Below, one piece after another: positions 54,681-64,000 of a stretch of 64,000 nucleotides of DNA. How positions within the stretch are numbered: the first letter of the stretch is position 1; every line of letters starts with the position of its first letter. The notes under the pieces were generated by a model. The model was not told where the DNA came from. It ran no database searches and saw only the letters and a program-made list of their open reading frames with translations. Made by a program: the position numbers and the translations under genes. Source of the DNA: Octopus sinensis (taxonomy: Eukaryota); contig NC_043013.1 of the NCBI RefSeq assembly GCF_006345805.1, forward strand, positions 10,478,001 to 10,542,000. Reading direction: 5' to 3'.

Positions 54681-54789
54681 TGCAGCTGAGATGCACAAAT
54701 AGTCCAGCTACAGATGTGTTTCCTCAGGCGACTTTTCAAAAGATATCTCGTTCTTTATTTCCCGTTTGGCTTATTTCTATAACAATACA

Positions 54790-54790
54790 A

Positions 54791-54863
<73 letters not shown>

Positions 54864-54868
54864 CAGAC

Positions 54869-54945
<77 letters not shown>

Positions 54946-54960
54946 AATGGATAGATAGAA
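54790..54960. repeat. (GATA)n microsatellite
   Basis: Direct reading. Confidence 0.97.
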
Positions 54961-56036
54961 AGAGATGAGGGAGAGGGGAGAGAGAGACTCTGTAATGTTA
55001 ATCTTTATCTAAATATGGATTTTAACTGTTCTACTAACCAGATTGACTTTATTTCTCTTGATTTAAATCTCTATATTATAGGATCTATAGTTTTCGCATA
55101 TAGTGTTGGATTTTATCTAAATATGAAATCTAACAGTGCTGTTTTGAAGATTTACTGTTTTCTAATTTATAAAGCACCATAGTCTCAGTTCACCCGTTAT
55201 TTTTCTTTGTTTTATGGCTACTTTGCTTCTTTCTCAATAACGTCTTTAGGGTGTAGAACAAAATATATCATGGCATTTGTACTTTCACTGTGTACTCTGT
55301 GTTCGAATTACATCGGGGTCAATTTACTTTTCATTCTTTCAGATATCGCCTTAATTAAGTAAAAATCCAAGACATTAGATTGGCGAAAATGCTACAGTAC
55401 AGTTCTGTCATTTATTATTATATTTATTTATTTATTTTTGCGTTGTGAGTTTTATAGGTATTTTAAGTGAAATATGGTCACTGGTTCCAATACGGAACAT
55501 GTACATTGTATGCGTTTAGCGTAATTCACATTAGTGTAGCATTCAAAGGAAGACTCTGATTTCATGATAAATTTCTTTAATCTTCTCACTAGCCACGCAG
55601 TCTCTGAAAAAAAAAATAGCAATTCTTTTAATAATTAAAGACAGATATCCTTCTCGGGTAATGACAAAAAATATCTACATTCATTCTGTTTTATCTTGCA
55701 TATATTGTCTTTTACATGTTTCGATCACTGGACGGTCGCTAAACTAGGGCATTTAAAGGATTTAATCGAACAAATATACCTCAGTAATTACATGTTAAGT
55801 CTGGTATTTATAGTACGGTTGACTTTCGCCGATACCATTGTTATAAAATTGTAAATATCCTATCCCTTTTCTACAATACAGATCAGGGGGTTTATAAATC
55901 TGTGATGTGCATGACGGAAAGCGCTTCCTCATATACCTGATTACATACAAACACAAATATATATATTATATACACGCACGTACATATATTAAGCACACAT
56001 ACACATATCTATGCACTTATATATATATATATGCAT

Positions 56037-56078
<42 letters not shown>

Positions 56079-56306
56079 GTTTATATATTACATATATATG
56101 CACATGTATTATTATATATATAGAGAGAAATATGCATTCAAATATATAATATACATAGTACACATTGCAGATGTGTGCATGTATCTGTGCATAAAAGTGT
56201 GTATGAGTGTACATGTGTAAACATATATGTCTCTTGGTAAGTGTGTATAAGCTGCATGTACATGGATCTAATATAAAACACTATGGTCGTGATAGAAATT
56301 TAAAAA

Positions 56307-56341
<35 letters not shown>

Positions 56342-56396
56342 CATACATACATACATACATACATACATACATAAATGCATAAATACATACATGCAT

Positions 56397-56427
<31 letters not shown>

Positions 56428-56439
56428 AATATATATATA

Positions 56440-56645
56440 GTCAATCCAAATATGAACAAGCAAGAAAAAAACAACGCAAGGACGTGGTACAGGTACTGCG
56501 TTATTGGACACTCAGGAAAGTAAGAAAAAAAAGAAATAGGATTTCACGTTTCGAGCGGAAATCTTCATCAGAAATATAGAAAAAGTCCTAAGACGGGAAG
56601 ACGGAGAAAGAAAATCGCCAACAATACACACGCGGTCACATATTG
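56440..56645 (-). mobile_element. ORF-less pLTR-like element with decayed minimal HHR (56541-56575)
   Basis: Minus strand: attt CTGATGA agatttccgctc GAAAC GTG aaat. Same family as 26283-26482. Confidence 0.68.
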
Positions 56646-57285
56646 AAATGACCGGAAGGGAATGGGTGAAGAAAAGTTCTTTCTAAAACGGGAACTTGCA
56701 AGAAAGTAAATATGTGTGTTTATGTGTGGGTATGTGTGTCGCGCAGGTGTATGTGTGTTAGTGTAATAATAGCACGTGCATGTGCGCGCGTCTGTGTGTC
56801 TGTGTGGTTGTGGCTGTTTATGTATGTGTGTGGTTGAACTTTGTGTTGCTTAATGTTGTAGGAAGAGTTTATAGCAAGAATTTTTTATAGGAGTGGCTGT
56901 CTTTTGTGTGTCCCCCTTCACATGTGCGTAGGAGGATGGTCAGTAGAAAGGATTTAACTGGTAGTTTGAAGTGTGTACGTGTATGTATATGTTGTCTGTG
57001 TGTGTGTTTTGCGTGCAGTGTGTGTCTATGTGTGCGTGTGTGTGTATGAGTGTGTGTGTGTATATATATGTGCGTGTGTATTTTGTGTGAGTGTATGTGT
57101 GTGTTCGTGTGTATGTGGGTGTGTGCCTGTATGCGCGTGTGAACGAAGGGATTGTGTGAGGAGGTATGTGTGCGTTATTTTTTGCGCGTGCATGTGCGTG
57201 CGTTTGTGTGTGCGTGTGTATGTGTATATGCGTGTAGTTGTGTGTGCGCATGTGTGTATGCAGGTGTGTATACGTGAATGGGGTT

Positions 57286-57316
<31 letters not shown>

Positions 57317-57329
57317 AAAGTAAATATTC

Positions 57330-57684
57330 TCTTATTCTTTCACGTGTTTCAGTGATTTGACAGCAGCCATGCCTGGGCACCGCCTTTAATCGAGGAAATC
57401 GACCCAGGGCTTTGTAATTATTCTTTGGTCTCTTTTTGCCGAATCACTACGTGATGGGGATGTGAACACAACATCATCGATTGTCAAGCCATACTGGTGG
57501 GAGAAACACAGTCACAAATACAAAATAAATACACACACACACAGCACACACAAACGCGCGCACACATCAGTGTGCGCTTATACTTACATAAATAAATATA
57601 TATATATACATACATACATATATACACATATATATATGCACACACACGCACACACACACACAACACACACACACACACACACAT

Positions 57685-57715
<31 letters not shown>

Positions 57716-57865
57716 CGACGGGCTTCCAGTTTCCTTTCACCAAAGGGTTTGGTAGGCCCAAGGATATAGTAGAAGATACTTGCCCAACGTGCCACGCAGT
57801 GGGACTGAACCCAGAACCATGTAGTTGGGAAGCGAGCTTCTTTCCATGGAATCACTTCTGCCCCC
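57330..57865 (-). mobile_element. SINE family A copy with expanded internal microsatellite
   Basis: Family head and tail flank a long (CA)/(TA) tract. Confidence 0.8.
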
Positions 57866-57872
57866 GTGTCTG

Positions 57873-57915
<43 letters not shown>

Positions 57916-58872
57916 TGTTAATAAAATAGAATATATGCATATATATAAACATATATGTACGTACCTACCTCTACATGTACATATACACGCCTATATGTGT
58001 ACAGGACACCAAAAAGACGTCGAACACATAGAGAGACGAAACCATAGACACAAACAAGGAACAAGACAAGCAAAAAAAAAAAAAAAAAAAAGGGAGAGAT
58101 ACAGACAATAAGCACAACGAAAAATCCCCTTCTTCATTCGCTAGATTTCATCTACTAAACGTTTCGAAGGATAAAAGCGAGACGTATACTTCGAATAAAA
58201 TTCCTTCCCGCGAAAAGCAAATCAATTAAATTCTGAGATCTTTTCGCAGAGGGGTAAAAAGAAGCAAGACGGTAACGACAGTACAAACATATAAACAGTA
58301 AAAAATATATATATAAACAGTGGAAAAATAAATATATAACAGAGAGAAAAGACTAGGAGAACAAGATAAGAAGGGCTGTTAAACGCCAGACGAAAAAAGT
58401 ATTGTAAACGCTGGATTATCGTGGAAGACAGAAGGTAGAGGGAAATTTTGTCAACCAGAAGCCTTGCAAGGCGGGCGAGAAAGGACAGGAAAGCAGTTAC
58501 GACGGAAGTATCGTCGCAGATGGATATATATATATATATAATATATATATAATATATATATTATGACCTCCCCTTATTTAGAACTCTTTTAAACATAAAC
58601 ATAAACGATAACTCTATTCAACATAACATAAACGTCGTAAGAAATTGAAAAGCTAAACGCGAAACCGGTCTTTCTTCAAATTATGTCATTGTAAGGAAAA
58701 AAAAAAAAAATTTAATATTCTTCAGACATATTGACGCAAATATTATATATTTTTTAATCTTAAGCCTTCTGTAGTTTTTTCACTTTTTACTTTTTTCTAT
58801 ATATTCAACCACGTGTTTTCACAAACCAACTTCTCTTATCTATTATATAATATTATAATAATATTATATATC

Positions 58873-58903
<31 letters not shown>

Positions 58904-59929
58904 TATATCAATGTGCTTTCTAACATGCTGAGTATATAAGTGTTAGTGTGACCGGTTTTGCTTTGCGCGTAGATTGCACGTGTTTTTTCTTCAGTCTTTT
59001 TCGCTCTTAATTATCTCATCCAGAAATCTTTTTTATTCAGTAGGAGGGCAACCTGTCAACATTACAAGTAAAAACTAATTAAAACGCAAACTTCATACTG
59101 AGCTTAAGACTTTTATCATAGTAATATAATTTAAAGAGCAATGGTAACGGTACGCGCACAGGCACAATCATACATGTATATGTGTGTATATATATATGTA
59201 TATATGCGTGTGTGTGTCGCTGTGTTTGTATGTGTGTGTATGCACATATATATGCATATATATACAGAGAGAATTCGCCAAAAAAAAACGAAAGAAATTT
59301 GGTGGTGTAGATATCAAATGTATTAGTTTAAATCTCGTGAAATGAAAAAGTATTTAACGTTTCGATCCTACGTCTCCTCTCATCATCCAAAGAATTTTTG
59401 CGGATTCTCTACCTGGAGTTTCTACTAACGTACACTTCAGCCGCTCTTCTCCTGCCCGTGATTATACTGGACTCCTCTCTGTGTGTGTATGTATAGAGAG
59501 AGATAGAAATCCTCTGTTATCTCTCAGTTTAAAACCCTTTTTGGCATTCAGATTATTCTGTCAAATATAATAATACTTCAATATTATATTCATTGTTTTA
59601 AATTAATCATGTATTATCTCTATCGGTAGATAGATATAAATTTATATTTGTGTATGTGACTCTATATGAATTTATGAACCATCACTCTTCAAGAACTTGC
59701 TTTTTTTCTTCATCTGTCTCAGTTACTTTTCTTGTTATCTTTTATTCTCTTTCACCTCACACATGCGCGCGCGCACACACATAAACTGACAATGACCTGT
59801 GAAGGAAATAAACACCGTGAATCTATATTTTTCTTTTCTGAATTACTTCTTTCCAATGACATATGAGTGAAACCGTTGGAGTAAAATTTATCAGCATTCA
59901 TACCTGCACAGACACACATGCGTCTCCAA

Positions 59930-60310
59930 AGTCCATCCCCTCCTCACCGTGGTGGGGACGCTGGTAACGGGTTGTGTCAGAGCTATGCCGTCGGGAACTT
60001 CGGTTCCTGGTAGGGCCACCCAAAGCGGATTGGTCTGACACCGAGTGGTATTAGGGCCACAACCCGGCAGGCGGGGCTCTGGTAAAAAATCCCCGGAGTG
60101 CCTGTTTTGGCAATCAGCGGCTCCTCGGTCGTTCTCTCCCTGCGTCTGCGGACAATCTGCGGCAAACAGGATGTCTCTACATGCGGGATTGTTGGGGACC
60201 GCTTGTGAAATTCATATTCCCACGAAACTTCTTCCACTGCCATGGTTCGAGATGCCTCGAGGGTGGTAGAAGAACCCGACTCAACCCGCCCAGGGTGAAT
60301 GTCGCCACTA
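59930..60310 (+). mobile_element. GC-rich RTE-like LINE 5' leader fragment
   Basis: gagctatgccgtc...ggtagggccacccaaagcggattggtc resembles, from memory, the 5' UTR motif of RTE-clade elements such as BovB and Expander. No RT follows. Confidence 0.55.
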
Positions 60311-60839
60311 GTACTAGTAAGTACAGACACACATACACATAAACATAACTACATGTTTACATGGCGTACCACATCTATCAGCTATAGTACCACTGCCTGG
60401 CACCTTCGACAGGTGACTTTTATTATAACTGCGCACCGCGCAAATCCTTGTCAGTGGATTTCGCAGACGAGATCTGAAAGAACAACGGTTCGGAATAGAG
60501 AGCGATATAATAAATACTAAATTTTTAAAAGTAATGGAATCGATCTGTTCGATTGAAATTCATGAAGCCGGTTGTCCACCATGACTGTAATCTTATGACT
60601 GAAACATGTAAAAGATAAAAACATAAAAACATGTACATTCATAGATACATAAATATATTTATTAACATATATTAGTTAGACGGGTAACTCTTTACGACAA
60701 CCCATAGGTCTGCATAGCTCGCAAATGTAAATTCAGGAATACAAATAGTGCCCATTGAACATATGGACCTATGTCTGAGGAAGGAAGGGTCAAATTTTAT
60801 GCTATTTCCCTATATATATTTAGCGAGAAGATAACTTAA

Positions 60840-61061
60840 CCCTTTCATTACCGTATTTATTTTGAGATGCTCAGTTTTTCTTTCAATTAATTTTAAATAT
60901 AACAAAGAATTTAGTAAAATAACTTGGTTATCATTAAGCTAGTGTTAGGAACATAAATTGTGACTAAGGTTTGGTGGAAGATTTCCATTCAAAACTTAAG
61001 AAAACAAGACATTTGTACTACAGAGCTAGAGGCGGTTTCAGCTGGGTTGGTATTGAAAGGG
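60840..61061. mobile_element. piggyBac-type MITE, 222 bp
   Basis: TTAA|ccctttcattacc ... ggtattgaaaggg|TTAA: 12/13 TIR match, CCC termini, TTAA TSD. Confidence 0.85.
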
Positions 61062-61854
61062 TTAACGGCAAAGAATCAATCAACAAAGAATATCTTTTAT
61101 AGTCAAATTTGAACCAAGTTTAAAATCCAGTGGCAGAGAAAGAGTGAGACGACCATCACCACTTGTTAAATTTACCACTATGACTTATACTAGTTAGATG
61201 GAGAACTACTACAGGCATAGAGCACAGTAACTACAACAGCCGCTGCTTCTGCTACTGCTGCTCTGATTGCTGTCACCGACAGTCCTACCACTTTTCCTTT
61301 TCCCTAACAACCTTTCGACACTGCTGTTATATGCTACCCAGCAACATTAACAAGGAAACGAAATACAGTAGCATGTGATCTTTAAAAGAGAAACGTGATG
61401 TTCTAAAACAAATATTATGAAAGAAGAATTTCATTTATTTCCATTTGTTATTCCTTATAATTCGGGATGGGTAGACCCCCTTTTACAGCAATCGAAACCC
61501 GTAGCTGCTTAGTAAAAAAAATGTAAATTGTACATTCCTTTTTCCATGAGACAGTTCTCAAAGCTTTCTCATCTTTTTACCTTACACACACACACAAACA
61601 AACAAACACACATAACAGCCAACAACTAATTAAGGATCGTTCTTTATGTAGTTTGTTTTGTTTTCCATTTGTGTCGTTCGTTGTTCGAAAGAATGGTTCA
61701 TGTTCCAAGTACTCGTGCTTCATACTTTTTTGTTGTACACGTTTCGGGACGTCCTATGTCCACATATGCTTAGAATTACCTGCCTTAATATAGGTTCATC
61801 TTGGATTGTGAATAGCAGGAGGTCAAGCCGTATCTTGAAAATATCTACCCTACT

Positions 61855-61888
<34 letters not shown>

Positions 61889-61891
<3 letters not shown>

Positions 61892-63570
61892 TAAACAGTA
61901 AAAATAATTACAGACATGGACAAGAACATGAAACACCACAGAGACGACACAAGAACCACAGGACGGGACATTCGAAGCCCTCAGTCATCAGTCAAGAACC
62001 AGATCATCTTAGCAATTTCGGCTGATTAATCTTGAGATTGCTCCGATATGGCCAGCCCGCCAAGGGAAATCTAAGCCAAGCGCATTAGATCCCCTGGAAG
62101 AAAGCTTCGAATGTATACAACACGAGGACGGAAAACGAACGAAGTACACGAACAAAAATACAGAATACGTGACACCAATAAGAATACAAAAGCGTAAAAA
62201 CAATAACGGTAAAAATAAAAAATAAACAACAAAACAAAACCAGGACGTAGGACAAGGGTCTTTCGACAGGACGAGTTGAGTATGGGGCTGGCTTGTGAAG
62301 TTGTGCCTAAAGGCCGCAGGGAGACGAACAAATACGTGTTGCTTCTGCGACTGCTGGAACGAAAAGAGCGCTCAACAGCGGCTAGCGGTCACGTGAGAAC
62401 AAAAGACAGGAGAAAGGGACAGATGAAAAGAGAGAGAAGGTGGACGAGGGAGGAGAAGAAAGAGACAGATCGAAGGGGCTGGAGGTGAGAGAGATAGAGA
62501 AACGTAGAAGGAGGGGGGGAAGACGGATGGAGAGGGAAAGAAAGGAAGGGGAATAAGGGAGGAGAGAGAGAGAGAGAAAGAGACAGATTAAGAGTCGTAT
62601 CAATGCTAGAGAAAAAATATACTTATCGTATAAGGACAATTGTGGATACGTAGCCGCCGATTATATAGGTAAACAGTAAAAATAATTACAGACATAGACA
62701 AGAACATGAAACACCACAGAGACGACACAAGAACCACAGGACGGGACATTCGAAGCCCTCAGTCATCAGTCAAGAACCAGATCATCTTAGCAATTTCGGC
62801 TGATTAATCTTGAGATTGCTCCGATATGGCCAGCCCGCCAAGGGAAATCTAAGCCAAGCGCATTAGATCCCCTGGAAGAAAGCTTCGAATGTATACAACA
62901 CGAGGACGGAAAACGAACGAAGTACACGAACAAAAATACAGAATACGTGACACCAATAAGAATACAAAAACGTAAAAACAATAACGGTAAAAATAAAAAA
63001 TAAACAACAAAACAAAACCAGGACGTAGGACAAGGGTCTTTCGACAGGACGAGTTGAGTATGGGGCTGGCTTGTGAAGTTGTGCCTAATGGCCGCAGGGA
63101 GACGAACAAATACGTGTTGCTTCTGCGACTGCTGAAACGAAAAGAGCGCTCAACAGCGGCTAGCGGTCACGTGAGAACAAAAGACAGGAGAAAGGGACAG
63201 ATGAAAAGAGAGAGAAGGTGGACGAGGGAGGAGAAGAAAGAGACAGATCGAGGGGGCTGGAGGTGAGAGAGATAGAGAAACGTAGAAGGGGGGGAAAGAC
63301 GGATGGAGAGGGAAAGAAAGGAAGGGGAATAAGGGAGGAGAGAGAGAGAGAGAAAGAGACAGATTAAGAGTCGTATCAATGCTAGAGAAAAAATATACTT
63401 ATCGTATAAGGACAATTGTGGATACGTAGCCGCCGATTATATAGGTAAACAGTAAAAATAATTACAGACATGGACAAGAACATGAAACACCACAGGGACG
63501 ACACAAGAACCACAGGACGGGACATTCGAAGCCCTCAGTCATCAGTCAAGAACCAGATCATCTTAGCAAT
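61889..63570 (-). repeat. Tandem array of about 778-bp ORF-less units (2 full plus about 128 bp), flanked by (TA)n
   Basis: aggtaaacagtaaaaataattacagac starts near 61889, 62667 and 63443; units are near-identical and joined through tatat. Confidence 0.95.
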
Positions 63571-63763
63571 ATATATATAAGGATAAGATCGATATAAAAA
63601 AAACTTTCAAAGGTAATAATTATTTAAAATTATAATTTAGGGTATCTAAGTGATACCACCACGCTGAAAATATCAGTCAAATCTTGACACTAAAACCACA
63701 TTGAATGTTCATATAGCACCAGGAGAGAAGACAGAGACAAAATAAACTAGAAAAGAAATAATA

Positions 63764-63822
63764 ATTCCAGATCCCGGATTTCTGGCTTTGCATAAGAAAT
63801 GCTCTGCCTTCATCAGTGGAAT
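63764..63822 (-). ncRNA. Type I hammerhead ribozyme with intact core, in a (TA)n-flanked element (about 63581-63905)
   Basis: attcca CTGATGA a ggc-aga-gcat-ttctt-atgc-aaa-gcc a GAAA tccggg ATC tggaat. 6-bp stem I, near-palindromic stem III, AUC triplet. Confidence 0.8.
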
Positions 63823-64000
63823 GGACTCAGAAAGTACATAAATACAAATATATATATTTGTAGTTGTAGAGTCAAGTTTTGACTACTATTTTCAGCGTTG
63901 TGGTATATATATATATATAATATATATATATATATATGTATAGAAGTAAATATATGGCACAACGAAGTACCGATATTTACTGGCTATTCTTTACTGGAAG

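Overview
Eukaryotic, AT-rich, microsatellite-saturated repeat landscape. The SINE families and the (TA)n/(CA)n/(GATA)n load look like a coleoid cephalopod, probably Octopus (inference from recalled repeat families, not a search). I find no convincing host protein-coding gene; nearly all listed ORFs are translations of simple repeats or SINEs. Supported contents: three tRNA-derived SINE families in many copies; a full-length but dead D34D mariner with TIRs and TA TSD (29021-30305); decayed R4/Dong-like, RTE and two Penelope (GIY-YIG) retroelement remnants; non-autonomous Helitrons; a piggyBac-type MITE; a 2.6 kb 13-bp satellite with higher-order structure; several local tandem duplications; and a 100-N gap. 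The most interesting signal is non-coding. About a dozen hammerhead ribozyme (HHR) motifs sit in short ORF-less elements, most embedded in (TA)n. They include a 176-bp-arm palindrome carrying two mirror-image intact HHRs (52564-52926) and a 778-bp tandem repeat carrying a circularly permuted, type II-like HHR motif whose array end lies at the predicted cleavage site (61889-63570). A compact, structured RTE-like leader with a cUUCGg hairpin lies at about 59930-60060. All RNA folds were derived by eye and none has been tested.
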